A DNA stretch of 64,000 bases from Mobula hypostoma (GCF_963921235.1 NC_086107.1:103604001-103668000), one strand, 5' to 3'; shown: positions 15,220 to 28,103, counted from the first letter of the stretch. The notes: generated by a model not told the origin, from the sequence alone. A program made the numbers and translations.

Positions 15220-15762
15220 CAACGCACACAAAATGCTGGAGGAACTCAGCAGGCCGGGCAGCATCTATGGAAAAGAGTAAACAGTCGAAATTTTGGGCTG
15301 AGACCCTTCTACAGGACTGGAAGAAACGATGAGAAGTTAGAGCAAGAAGGTGGGGGAAGGTGATGCTGAAAGAAGTACAAGGTAATGCGTGAACAGGGAG
15401 ACAGGGAGGGGTGAAGTAAAGAGCTGGATAGTTGATAGGTGAAAGAGATAAAGGGCTGGAGAAGGGGGAATCTGATAGAGGGTAGAAGACCGTGGAAAAG
15501 GGGGAGGAGGAAGAGCACCAGAAGCAGGTGACGGACAAGTAAGGAGATAAAATGAGAAAGGGAAACGGGAATGGGGGAATAGTGAGCGGGGGCGGGGGGT
15601 GGGGGTGCATTACCAGAAGCTCAAGAAGTGCTCAATGTGGAGAAGACTTTACTCTTTGCCATAGATGCTGCCTGGACTGCCGAGCTCCTCCAGCATTTTG
15701 TGTGTGTTGCTTTGGATTTCCTGCATCTGCTGGATTTCCTGCATCTGCAGGATTTCTCGTGC
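15220..15762 (-). mobile_element. older Penelope-like (family A relative) fragment with inverted end and decayed hammerhead
   Basis: 15222-15270 is inverted at 15658-15710; core reads CTGTAGA...CCC AAAA on the minus strand; purine-rich tract as at 12800-13080. Confidence 0.75.
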
Positions 15763-16551
15763 TTATTCTACTCTCTATTGCTCTTTATACGTAAAGGGAA
15801 ATCTGTTACACACTTCATAAATTGTGACGATGCCCCCGCATTTTTTTTTGTCAGCTACCTTTGAGGATAGAGAACTCCGTACTTGAATAACTATAAGTGA
15901 GCAAATTTTCATAATCTAATCTCTCCATTTCAGAACTGTGCTCCACACACATAATAGGGCAGTTTACAATCTGGAACACCCCAAGAAGTTACCAGTTGCA
16001 AGAAGTTACTTCATTGGTTGTGAGTGAGTGTTTCAGGCGATGCTACCTTGCCTGTTGGTGTCTCTTGCAGAAGATACAGCACTTCATGTTCAAGATCAAG
16101 TCCGTTGTCATTCAACCGTACACGTGTATACCGCCAAGCGAAACATCGTTCCTCCGGACCAAGGTGCACAACAGAGTACACATAACTCACACAAAACACA
16201 AAGGTAATAGTACCACAAAGAAATTAACAAATATTAAGATGTATTTACGATACAGGTCAAAAAGTAAACAGCGTACACTACTGGCACTTCATATGTGATG
16301 AGACCTAAGTGGAAGCTCAATGGTTTTATGGCCTGTGGGAAGAAGTTGCTTCCCATCAGATACAGAACCTGTTTCCAAGGCCCACTACCTGTATTCAGAC
16401 ATCACCCTTTCTTGATCAGCCCGGCTTGGGTTTGATCTTGGTGAGCTCTCTGTGTTCCTGAGTGAGGGTCACCTGTCAGTGGTTGGTTTCTGGAGTCACT
16501 ACTGCAGGTCATCTTATAAGGTAACTAACTTTCAACATATTTCTTTGCATA

Positions 16552-17449
16552 CGCTCAGTAGCCACTTTATTAGGTACAGGAGTGGAACCTGGTATGCTCT
16601 TCTGCACACCATTGTTGTATCATGTGGTTATCTGAGTTACTTTAGCCTTCCAGTCAGCTTGAACCAGTCTGGCCATTCTCCTTTGATCTTTCTCATTAGC
16701 AAGACATTTTCATCCACATAACTACCATCAACTGGATTTTTTGTTTGTTTTTCACACCATTCTCTGTAAATTCTAGAGACTGTTGTGTGTGAAAATCCCA
16801 AGAGATCTGCAGTTTCTGAGATTCTCAAACCACCCCATCTGGCACCAACAATTATTCCACAGTCAAAGACAGATCATATTTCTTCCCCATTGTGATGTTT
16901 GGTCTGAACAACAGCTGAACCTCTTCAGAATCAGGTTTATTATCACCGGCATGTGACGTGAAGTTTGTTAACTTAGCAGCAGCAGTTCAATGCAATACAT
17001 AATCTAACAGAGAGAGAAAATAATAATAATAAATAAAATAAAACAATAAAATAAACAAGTAAATCGATTACATACATTGAATAGATTTTTAATGTGCAGA
17101 AACAGAAATACTGTATATTTAAAAAGTGAGGTAGTGTCAAAAGATTCAATGTCCATTTAGAAATTGGATGGCAGAGGGGAAGAAGCTGTTCCTGAATCAC
17201 TGAGTGTGTGCCTTCAGGCTTCTGTATCTCCTACCTGATGGTAACAGTGAGAAAAGGGCATGCCCTGGGTGCTGGAGGTCTTTAATAATGGACGCTGCCT
17301 TTCTGAGACACCGCTCCCTAAAGCTGTCCCGGGTACTTTGTAGGCTAGACCATGTCTGCATGCATTTATGCATTCCATTGCTGCCACATGATTGGCTGAT
17401 TAGATATTTGCATTAATCAGCAGGTCTACCTAATAAAGTAGCCACTGAG
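16552..17449 (-). mobile_element. non-autonomous Tc1-like element interrupted by a Rex-type 3' fragment (~16927-17348)
   Basis: TIR CTCAGTAGCCACTTTATTAGGTA / TACCTAATAAAGTAGCCACTGAG; HTH remnant ISETADLLGFSHTTVSRIYREW. Confidence 0.85.
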
Positions 17450-17461
17450 AAACTTCACACA

Positions 17462-17788
17462 TTCTTTTCCTCCCTCTGCCCCCTCACTATACCCCTTGCC
17501 CATCCTCTGGGTTTCCCCCTCCCCCTTTTCTTTCTCCCTGGGCCTCCTGTCCCATGATCCTCTCGTATCCCTTTTGCCAATCACCTGTCCAGCTCTTGGC
17601 TCCATCCCTCCCCCTCCTGTCTTCTCCTATCATTTTGGATCTCCCCTTCCCCCTCCCACTTTCAAATCTCTTACTAACTCTTCCTTCAGTTAGTCCTGAC
17701 GAAGGGTCTCGGCCCGAAACGTCGACTGTACCTCTTCCTAGAGATGCTGCCTGGCCTGCTGCGTTCACCAGCAACTTTTATGTGTGTC
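17462..17788 (+). mobile_element. Penelope-like (family A) 3' end
   Basis: near-identical reverse complement of 12696-13000. Confidence 0.85.
17692..17727 (+). ncRNA. minimal type-I hammerhead ribozyme, intact core
   Basis: AGTC CTGACGA A GGGT CTCG GCCC GAAA C GTC GACT; predicted cleavage after C17723. Confidence 0.85.
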
Positions 17789-18061
17789 GTGGAAGCCCAC
17801 TGTTAACTCCAACCACTTGCGTCCTTAATTGCCAGAATACTCGTTCGTGCTCTTTTGTAATTAATCAAATTATCCCTTTCACAAAATGTCAGTTCTCAAA
17901 AAAAAATCGAAGCAGTACCCGGCGATCTGCTCTGGGAAAGTTTTTAACTCAATGCAAGCCACCTTTGCATTGTTCCAGCTCCATTGCCTTCAAAGTCAGC
18001 GTCGAGTTTATTGACGTGAGCGCACAGATGAAATGAAGAGTTGCTTGTGGTAGCATCATAG

Positions 18062-18480
18062 GCGGTGGTGATGGTTGTTGCCCGTCGTGTCCGACGATGA
18101 CAGGAGACCTCTGCGGGGGAGTTTTTATACTGTGAGGCAATTCCACTCTCTCGCCCTCAGAAGTCCGGGTCGAGTGGTACGAACAAATGTCACAAACTGG
18201 GACTTCCTTGGTCCCAGTGGATGCCCGTGACGTCTTCTGTGCCTTGCCATGCCCTTCGCTCTCCACGGAACGTTGCTCTGCCGCTTTCCCGGCCATTGGA
18301 TCTCATCCGCCTAGTCCGCCGGAGCTGACTTCGCTTGCTGGGACATCTCGGGGGTATGAGGCCACCAGCTACCCTCACCTGGTTTAGCCTGCCCACAGAG
18401 CTGAGTGTCCGGTGGGGACCAAAAGAGAGCGAGCTGCCCTGGAGTAGGTGCGACAAGCCCCTTCACCAGAAGTACTACCC
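18062..18480 (-). mobile_element. non-autonomous element resembling an RTE-clade 5' UTR
   Basis: homologous to 29345-29750 (CGTGTCCGACG, CAGTGGTACGAACA, ACCTGGTTTAGCC); RTE assignment from recalled family sequence. Confidence 0.55.
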
Positions 18481-19569
18481 TTCCCTGGACACCTCATACA
18501 CTCCACATCACAGGCACATCAAATAAGCAGCATTCACACAAAAAAATCCAAATTATATACAATTAGTACAAAAAAGTCCATTATAGTGCAAAGTAATCAA
18601 AGCGTCCCTGTGCTGAGGTTCAAACTGCAATAGCTGTTAAGTGAACAGTCACCTCTGAGGTAGAATATTCCTTCCACTCAACTATTGCCCTGAACATAAA
18701 GTCGTCTACAATCCGTTACGTAATAAATAGAATCAGTTGATCAAAATGCTGACCTTCACTCGGTGTGACTGAGTTTTTCAGACTGCATACTCCCGCTGGA
18801 TGCCTCTGCAGGAGAGTACCTTATACTTCCGAAGCTTCTAATTGAACAGAGTTAAGTTTTGCAATCTGAGAGGCTATTTCCTGTATTTTGGCATTGCTCT
18901 ACACTATAAGAGAACGGTAGTTGGTACAGTCTGCCATGCAACAAATGGGTTTGGTTGATGGGTGATTTCTTCATCAAATGCAAATGGACTTTGCAGATGA
19001 CAGCACACCTGTTAGGTGCCTCTGCAGAAGACTCGCCACTTCAGGTACAATGACCACTAACTAAACACAATTAAACCCAACAACGTCATGATCATTCATC
19101 TACTCCAATATTACCTGAGGTGGTTTACAGTCCATGATTAGATGCGATTGATGGAAGTTACTTTATCAATTACAAATCTTTACAGATAACATCACATTGT
19201 CTCTCGGGTATTGTTGACTAAGATGCTGTGGAAAACTTTGTTCTTCATTGTTCAATAACCAAACAGCATTAAGCCTTACAATGTGATGGAGAATTCTCCC
19301 TTCTCCAGTATTGCCTGAAGCGTTAAACAAATGGACTCAGTTGGTAGAAGTTGTATGTATTCCAAATGGGTTTTCCAGACATTGCTGAACTCTCGATTAG
19401 ATGCCTATCATTAATGACCAGTGCTTAAGGCTACAATGGCAATTAACTGAATAGAGTTATCTTACGACAACATAAATCACTCCATCTGAACTACACAATG
19501 TCCTTCTCCTTCCCATTCTAGCACACATTAAGATTAAAGATGAGGGGGTATTAGATGTCTTAGTTGTTA

Positions 19570-21230
19570 TAAAGGTTTTTGAAGATTGGGATATCAAGAC
19601 CAACACTAAGCTTCTGGTCTATAAAGTATAGTCCTTCCCTCCTCGCCATATGGCGCGGAGTCATGGACAATATACATCACGCACATCCCATCAAATGGAA
19701 ACTTACCGTCAAAGATGCCTCTGACATGTTCTGAGAGTTAGCTGGAACAGGTGGACTGACTCCAGCATCCTGGAGGAAGCTAGCACCAATTCCATCGCCA
19801 CAATCGTGACTCAACACCAATTCCGATGGGTCGGTCACATCATAAGACCATAAGACAAAGGAGCAGAAGTAGGCCGTTCGGCCCATCGAGTCTGCTCCGC
19901 CATTTTATCATGAGCTGATCCATTTTCTCCTATTTAGTCCCACTTCCCTGCCTTCTCACCATAACCTTTGATGCCCTGGCTACTCAGTTACCTATCAATC
20001 TCTGCCTTAAATACACCCAATGACTTGGCCTCCACTGCTGCCCGTGGCAACAAATTCCATAGATTCACCACCCTCTGATTAAAAAAATTTCTTTGCATTT
20101 CTGTTCTGAAAGGGCGCCCTTCAATCCTTAAGTCATGCCCTCTCGTACTAGACTCCCCCATCATGGGAAACAACTTTGCCACATCCACTCTGTCTATGCC
20201 TTTTAACATTCGAATTGTCTCTATGAGGTCTCCCCTCATTCTTCTAAACTCCAAGGAATACAGTCCAAGAGCGGACAAACGTTCCTCAAACCCTCTCATT
20301 CCCGGAATCATTCTAGTGAATCATCTCTGTACCCTCTCCAACGTCAGCACATCCTTTCTTAAATAAGGAGACCAAAACTGCCCACAGTACTCCAAGTGAG
20401 GTCTCACCAGCGCCTTATAGAGCCTCAACATCACATCCCTGCTCCTATACTCTATTCCTCTAGAAATGAATGTCAACATTGCATTCGCCTTCTTCACTAC
20501 TGACTCAACCTGGAGGTTAACTTTAAGGGTATCTTGTACGAGGACTCCCAAGTCCCGTTGCATCTCAGAACTTTGAATTCTTTCCCCATTTAAATAATAG
20601 TCTGCCGGTTTATTTTTTCTGCCAAAGTGCATAACCATACACTTTCCAACATTGTACTTCATTTGCCACTTCTCTGCCCATTCTTCCAATCTATCCAAGT
20701 CTCTCTGCAGACTCTCCATTTCCTCAGCACTACCGGCCCCTCCACCTATCTTCGTATCGTCAGCAAACTTAGCCACAAAGCCATCTATTCCATAACCTAA
20801 TCATCCATACACCTGACTCCTAAACAACCCCCGTTCGGCCAACTCAAGGATGCAAAGTGCACTCCTGGAGGGCAGAAAAAGTGTATCAAGAACAATAGCA
20901 AGACCTACCCGAGGAAATGTCACATCAACCTGAATGGGTGGGAGAAATTAGTGCGGGTTGGGGAAAGCTGGAGAAGGACTGTCTATGAGGTGATTGCACA
21001 GCTCGAAGAATATCTCCACTGTGCTGCAGAGACTAAGCAGCTTCAACATAAGGGGAGATTGGGAAAGGCCCAACCAGCTACATCCACCACCTCTTCAATG
21101 ACCTACACCTGCCAACACTGCAATAGGACTTGTGGATCACGGATTAGCCTTTTTGGTCATCTCAAGACCCACAGGTGACCAGATCAACCACCAGGAGAAG
21201 TATCATACTCGACTACGATGGTGATGATGA
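19570..21230 (+). mobile_element. decayed RTE-clade LINE 3' part, split by a CR1 insertion
   Basis: KLLVYK...YGAESWT, QFRWVGHI|IHTPDS, terminal zinc finger YTCQHCNRTCGSRISLFGHLKTH, (GAT)n tail. Confidence 0.8.
19844..20799 (-). mobile_element. 5'-truncated CR1 LINE
   Basis: KFADDTK...LVRPHLEYC...TRGHDL; (GTCTTATG)n tail; ATCAT duplicated at 19839-19843 and 20800-20804. Confidence 0.93.
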
Positions 21231-21316
21231 AAGATCCATTAATTCCCCAGCTTTTCCCAGATGTATCTGGCTGCATTGGAAGGTGAGGGGGGTGAATGCT
21301 GGACCATGACAGATAA

Positions 21317-21934
21317 CACAGAACAACAATTTTTTTCCCAAAAGTTTTGCTTGCTTAGAATTTATTTTTGTTTATGATAGACCGCTTGAAGTTGAATACA
21401 AATATAACTTCAGACTACATGTATCACGTAGGAATTTAACATAAGAAATTAACTTTTATTGAATATAATGCATTCAATTGCATAATGGTGCTAATGCTCT
21501 GCAAAAAGTTCAACTGAGCTGAAAATGTTTTGTTGATGATTTTCATTTGTACTCAGTGTCTGAGGCTTCTTGCTTAAGCGTAAAACAGTAATCAGCCAGG
21601 ATTGATGGATTCCAGTTGCCCCGATACCGCTTCTCCATGATCGCAATGTCCTGGTGAAACCTTTCCCCATGCTCGTCACTGACAGTATCAATATCTGCAG
21701 GGACGAAGTCGAAATGGGATTGCAGAAAATGAATCTTTAGTGACATGTTGCACTTCATGATTTCAGCTTACATTGTGGGCAACACTTTAATTGATTTCAA
21801 TTATGAATTGAAATAACAAATATAGGCGATTTTGAAAAAGGTGGGTGATAGGGAAATTTCATGGTGATTTTCATGATCAGCAGCCCAGAATCCACCCAGA
21901 AGTTTTCAGGAAGCAACATCTCTGTTGCCCAGTG
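21317..21934 (-). mobile_element. internally deleted Chapaev3-type DNA transposon
   Basis: transposase C-terminus CNMSLKIHFLQSH...SDEHGERFHQDI..MEKRY (21543-21758); imperfect termini CACTGGGCAACA (21934 end) and CACAGAACAACA (21317). Confidence 0.75.
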
Positions 21935-22029
21935 TAGTTAGATCTCCCCTGACCACAAGTGAGGTACCAAATGCAATACCCTTTACTCGAGGAGCTGCAG
22001 GGATAAGCCAGGTAATTACAAGTCAGTTA

Positions 22030-22250
22030 GCATGGTAACAGACCCTTCAGCCCATCGAGCTATGCTGCCCAACTACACCCATGTGACCAATCAACGTCTT
22101 TGGACTCTGGGAGGAAACTGGAGCTCCTGGAGGAAACCCACACGGTCACGGGGAGGACGTACAAACTCCTTACAGGCAGATGCGGGAATTGAACCTGGGT
22201 CACTGGCGCCGGAAAAGCGCTGTGCCAACTGCTACGCTACAGTACCACCC
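22030..22250 (-). mobile_element. tRNA-derived V-SINE/HE1-type SINE
   Basis: minus-strand A box GGTACTGTAGCGTAGCAG, B box GGTTCAATTCCC, V-domain GGAGTTTGTACGTCCTCCCCGTGACCGTGTGGGTTTCCTCC. Confidence 0.8.
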
Positions 22251-23504
22251 ACGAATTTCACCAGTAGGGATCAGTAAAGGTGAGCACCCACACCGGTCTG
22301 AGGGAAGTTGGCAAATGAAATCCAAAGTTGATAATAGGGGACTGTGGTGGGGGAGAATTTCCTTCAGTGATAGGACGTCTGTGAGACTAGCCGTGTTTCA
22401 CGGAGACTGGTGCAGGAACCCGAGCTGTTTGTAATAAGCGTTACCGCCTTGGATGTGAATGTAGGAGGTTTGGAAATTAGTGATTTGTTTGATGGAGAGG
22501 AGAGTAGGCACAGGATATATATAAAAAATATATCAGTTGCTTAGATAGTCAGAATCTTTCTCTCCCCCATGGTAAGATTATCAAACTGAGAAGCTATAGG
22601 TTTAAGGTGAGGGGAAAATGTTAGAACATACAACAGTAAAGTCCCTTCAGCCCACGATATTGTGCCGACCTTTCTACCTACGCCAAGACCAGGGAGCAGC
22701 AGGTGCGTAAAGAGGGCCTGGAAGGTCACCGGGGACACCAGTCACCCCAAACTGCTTCAAGCTGCTTCCGTCTGGCAAACGCTACCGCAGCGTTAAAGCC
22801 GGGACCAACAGGCTGCGGGACAGCTTCTCCCTGCAAGCCATTCGACTTATAAATTCACGCGTCTGAACATTGTAACGGAGTCATAACACAAAAGATTTTT
22901 CTCCCTCACGTTGTGGGATGGATGAAAGATTTAAATAAATTCTAAACTCAAGTTCAAAATTCTAACCCTTCCTCCCAAGTAGCCCTCCAGTTTTCTTTCA
23001 TCCATGCGTCCATCCACGAGTGGAATGCTCTGCCTCAGAAGGCCGTGGAGACCAATTCTCTTCTGGATGCTTTCAAGAAAGAGTTAGATGGAGCTCTTAA
23101 AGATAGCGGAGTGAAGGGATACGGGGAGAAGGCAGGAACAGGGTACTGATTGTGGATGATCAGCCATGATCACTGTGAATGGCAGGGCTGGCTCAATGGG
23201 CCGAATGGCCTACTCCTGCATCTATTGTCTGTTGTGAGTCTCATAAACGTCCCGAATCAGCACCCCACACAAAATGCCGGAGGAACTCAGCAGGTCAGGC
23301 AGCATCCATGGCAACGAACAGTCGATGCTTCGGGTGTCCCGTGTTCTCACCACCCTGCGTCGGAAACAAATCCTACCTCTGACATACCCGCTATACTTTC
23401 CGACATTCACCTTAAAATGATGCCCTCTCGCACTAGCAATTGCCACCCTGGGGGGAGGGAATGTCTCGGGCTGTCTATTCTATCTATGCCTCTTATCTAA
23501 TCCA

Positions 23505-23700
23505 GCAGGTAGCCGTCGATCCCGGCGCCCCTGATGGACTGTGCCCTCAGCCTAGGCGGGAAGATTTGGAGAACGGGCTGCAGCCCATGCAGTGGGCTCC
23601 CCCTCCCTCTCCACGACACTGATGTTGTCCAGGGGAAGGGCAGGCGCCGATACAGCTTGGCACCAGTGTCGTCGCAGAGGTTGCCGGAGAGAAGCCGTGA
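23505..23700 (-). mobile_element. CpG-rich short repeat, possibly a Vingi/Ingi-type 5' region
   Basis: minus strand GGCAACCTCTGCGACGACACTGGTGCCAAGCTGTATCGG...GTGGAGAGGG resembles recalled Vingi-derived elements; single copy here. Confidence 0.35.
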
Positions 23701-24963
23701 ACAGCATCATTTTCTGTTCGATGACTTTGGAGAAGTTTACTCAGGGAATAGAGTTAAGCTTTACCATGAGGTAAAGTACTCCATCTTGTCCACCACACAA
23801 GTAGCACAGAATGCAATCCAACGATTCAGCCGGTGCGGGTTCTTGCCAGGCATTGCGAATGAGTTTTGCTGGGCCCGTAATACTCATCGCTACACAACCT
23901 GGTCGCGACTCTGCATCTTTTTACATTCTGAGGGATGATTTTCCCTCCAGTTTGTCACCTGAGCAAGCATCCATTTTTCCTCGATTGTTGCCCGAGCTTT
24001 GCCAGTACATCTCAGTACCTCTCCGTCAGCAATGTTACCTTCTCACCTGGTTTTAGCCACTACAGGTACCACGGTGCCCTGGCCCTTCAACGGTAATTAA
24101 ACTGAAATTGAACTACTCTTTCTACTCTTCCTGCATAATCAGTGTCAAAGTGCAGTTTTCCATGTCAAAAATATACTTCATGCGGAATATATACCGTACA
24201 TCTTTATTCACCGTTCCATCAATTCAACAAGCTCTTCAATAAAATATCAAAGTCACTCGTGTTTCCTCGTTAAGCAGTGCGCCCATGAGGTATGTGATAG
24301 GTTGTTCGACAGGGCCCAGTCCCTCAGTGTCCAGTGGTGACAGGACCCGAGACATCTCTGCTGATACTGAGCAGAGTTTCAACGCGTCCTCAACACCTAC
24401 TAACATGAGCTCGGTCGTGGAGTGCTGAGCTTCCGGCGTGCGTGAACACCTGTATTTATTCATCCTGTCTTAACCAGAGCCGCTAAGCCCTTGTGCTTTC
24501 GAGTTGATCTTGTCCAGTTAATTGTGATTGGCACGTGTTTCCCGCATTCTGTGATTATTTAGAGAGGACTCTCCGCAAGCAGGACCGTTCCCGGCAGGTT
24601 CCTACCCCAGATGGTTGATCTTTGTCCCAGGATCCCTGCGGGAAATGTATCCTTCAGCCCCCTCACAAAGTGACTGGGGAGAGAGGTCTCTCCGGTCCTT
24701 CTTTCATAGAACACAGGTCGATGTAATGCCGAGCTTTCAACCTGCTCCGCAATCAGTCTAACTCTTCCCTCCCGCATAGTCCTCCACTTTTTCTCTTATC
24801 TATGTGCCTTTTTAAAAGCCTATTAAATGTCCCTAATGAATCTGCCTCTACCATTAAACCCGGCAGCGTGTTCACTGATTAGATCCAGCGAATGCTACCG
24901 CACGAAAGGAAGGTACCCATTTACTCGGCCAAAGTTGCTCAGATCTTTTCAAAAATTGTACTC

Positions 24964-24982
24964 ACTGCTCCCTCTGGTGGTC
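24964..24982 (-). promoter_or_regulatory. CTCF-like motif
   Basis: minus strand GACCACCAGAGGGAGCAGT closely matches the CTCF core. Confidence 0.55.
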
Positions 24983-25111
24983 ATAGCGATTTGAACCCTC
25001 TCTGCACCATAGTCAGTCAGTCGTACTTTATTGATCCCGGGGGAAATTGGTTTTCGTTACAGTTGTACCATAAATAGTTAAATCGTAATAAAACCATAAA
25101 TAATTACACAG

Positions 25112-25957
25112 TGTTACGTACCCCGTAACTGGGTTGCCAAACCAGCAGAAATGGATCACTCAGTTGGAGTCTGGATTACTAGATCTAAGAAAGTTTTATT
25201 AAAGAAACAAGAAACACCGTAATCGAAAGGATAATAAATGCAACAGTTCAGTAATGATAAACACACATGTGCACAGAATTAAGATAACAGGATCAATCAA
25301 GCTCTATCGTTGTCTAGGGGTAAATGACCAATTTCAAAGTGACACAAAGTCCAGTTCAATTTAGTTCAGTTCGCAGTAATCGTTGCCATGGCGATGGACA
25401 ACGTGGGGAGAGAGAGAGAGAGAGAACGAGAACGACTGATCATTCAGAAACGGCTTCCACTCACAGACCTGCGATATGGCTCACAAGCAGCTTTCGGGCG
25501 AGTCCTTTGTGATGTCACCTGAGATCACCGACTGTGACCCCTCCTCCAGATGCGGTCGATCCTCTGCAGTGAACTTGGCACCCCAGGCAAGGGCGCTGAT
25601 CGTACCTTTCCACCCTGTGCGTCTATGGCTTGGTTCCGCGACCAGCCTTCCAAACGACTCCCGCCGACTTGCGGGGGGGCACGGCTTCCAGGGTCTCGTT
25701 ACCTCGTGGTGTCGTGTCCTGCCTTAGCGAACCTGTCCCTTTTTATCCCCCTGCTGGGGTATTGCCTGTCCATCACTTCAAACAGTTCAGGGTTCAAAGG
25801 GGGAGCCGCTCTAGACAGATTTCTCTCCCGTCCCTTCATTACACATCTCCCAAATGCTGCTCCGTTGTCTTCCTTATCTCTCTCTCTCCCGAAGACAGGT
25901 GGCAGACCAACTGCTGATCCCACAGGACAGCTAACATCTATGTGTATTCTTGTCACA
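25112..25957 (-). mobile_element. solo LTR (846 bp), probably Gypsy-type
   Basis: TGTTAC...GTCACA termini; 4-bp TSD ACAG (25108-25111, 25958-25961); minus-strand GATAAAA near 25745 and AATAAA near 25197; interrupts a Rex-type tail. Confidence 0.88.
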
Positions 25958-27533
25958 ACAGTAATATGTAAATTATGCCAGTAAATAAGTCCAGGACCAG
26001 CCTATCGGCTCAGGGTGTCAGACCCTCCAAGGGAGGAGTTGTAAAGTATGATGGCCACAGGCAGGAATGACTTCCTATGACGCTTTAGAGACGGACATTA
26101 ATCCAACCTAGTGGCACTACTTATTAAGCAAACTATTGTGCTTGCCCCAGAATCATTTTAAATAGACTTTTTTCTCTTTTAACCCCACTTCATCATCTTC
26201 CCCATCCTTTGCTTCTCCTATTCTGTCCTCTCAATCTTATTAGAATATTTTAGATTTCCCCCCCCTTCATCATTATTTCCTGTTTCCCATTCCTTCTCCA
26301 GTGTTTCTCCCTCTGATGTACTCCGATTTCCCTTGGACTGAAGGCGGATTAAATACAAAGCTGGCTATTTTCAACTTGTATGTCCTTATTCACAAACTTT
26401 GCTTTTTAAACATGCTGCTTTATTGTGAGAGAGTGCTTTGTGAAAAATATCAGCTTCAGATTTTGTTCATGGAGGCAGAGTTTGCAAATCACCTGTATTT
26501 CCAACTTATATTTTGGCCTTAGCAGTCACATCCTTACAGATACTGATTGCAATGTTTCAAAGGTAAACCCAAAACTTTGCATCCAGTGTCTGTAAGTATG
26601 TGGCTGTTAAGGCCAAGCAATAGTAGAGACTGATTTGATAGCCAGTCTCCAAGTTTCCATAGTTTTTAAAGTCACCTGTTTGTTTTAAAACATGCAGAAG
26701 ATTTAGTGAAGTGACTGTGATAGTTGGTTTTAATATTTTATATGTTTTAAACTTGTGTAGTCCTCCTGTAAAGTTCACTCTGGGGCCAAACCTGTCAGTC
26801 AGCTAGAACATTCATAGGAGTGGCCGTGTTATATCTGACTTGCTGTGGAATATTCCAGGAGATGTGAATTCACAGCAGAAGGCCTTTCAGCCCATCTTAT
26901 TTGTATCCAGTGTAGACAAGTATTTTTGCATCCAGTGCAGACAAGCAGCCCAGCCTAATCCCACTACCAGCTCATAGTGCAAAGTCTTGGTATTTATGAA
27001 AGATGCATTAAGTTTCAGATTCCAACAACCCTCTCAGTAAATAAAAGTCTCACCATTACCCCTCTAGTTCATCTAGCAGTTACTTTAAACCTCTACTAGT
27101 TATTGGCTTTACTACTATGAGAAATGTTTCTTCCATTTTATTGAGGTCTCTGATAACCTTAACACCGCAATTAAATCTCTCCTTAGCTTGCTTTTATCTA
27201 CAGAAAACAATAATCTTTTAGGTTGCCTAAAATCTTTAAGATCCAGCAACACCTTCAAGAGTTTTCTCCGCACCCTCTCTGGCACCCTGAGGTCCTTCCT
27301 GAGAGGTAATCTGTACAAGAGTACAACTTGAGAAGGGACATGGTTTGCCTTTGATGGTGAGAAGAAGTAACTTACACCTTATGCACACCTCACTGAGAGA
27401 ATATTGTGCATTGGTCTTGGCCTCGTTGAGATAAACCAGCTTAACGTTTACAAGTCTCAATAACCCAGGACTTAAAGTCCTAGAATGTCACAGTCATTCC
27501 TTCATCTGTACTGTGCATAGGAAAGGGTTAGAG

Positions 27534-28103
27534 CAGGGTGTCCCAATCTGGGGTCCACAGACCCCTCGGTTAATGGTAAAGGTCCATGGTAAACTGCAGA
27601 AAGGGTGCGGAGAAGACTTACAAGGATGTTGCCTGGATTGGGGAGCATGCCTTATGAGAATAGGTTGAGTGAACTTGGCCTTTTCTCCATGGAGCGACGG
27701 AGGATGAGAGGTGACCTGATAGAGGTGTACAAGATGATGAGAGGCATTGATCGTGTGGATAGTCAGAGGTTTTTTCCCAGGGCTGAATCAGCTAGCACGA
27801 GAGGGCACCGTTTTAAGGTGCTTGGAAGCAGGTACAGAGGAGATGTCAGGGGTAAGTTTTTAACGCAGAGAGTGGTGAGTGCGGGGAATGGGCTGCCAGC
27901 GATGGTGGTGGAGTTAGATACAATAGGGTCTTTTAAGAGGCTCCTGGATAGGTACATGGAGTTTAGAATAATAGACGGCTATGGGTAACCCTAGGTAATT
28001 TCTAAAGTAAGTACATGTTCGGCACAGCTTTGTGGGCTGAAGGGCCTGTATTGTGCTGTAGTTTTTCTATGTTTCTATGTATAAAAAAAGTTGGAAACCC
28101 CTG
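27534..28103. mobile_element. tiny hAT (Charlie-like) MITE split by a CR1 fragment
   Basis: CAGGGTGTCCCAATCT ... AGTTGGAAACCCCTG termini; relatives at 30092-30157 and 50082-50141. Confidence 0.7.
27591..28080 (+). mobile_element. CR1 LINE 3' fragment
   Basis: ORF 27605-27988 RRLTRMLPGL...RMRGDLIEVYK...TRGH; (TTTCTATG)n tail. Confidence 0.92.

Noticed and set aside
19110..19320. minus-strand micro-exon candidates with good splice sites
   Set aside because: implied intron of only ~54 nt and stops in all frames of the next segment
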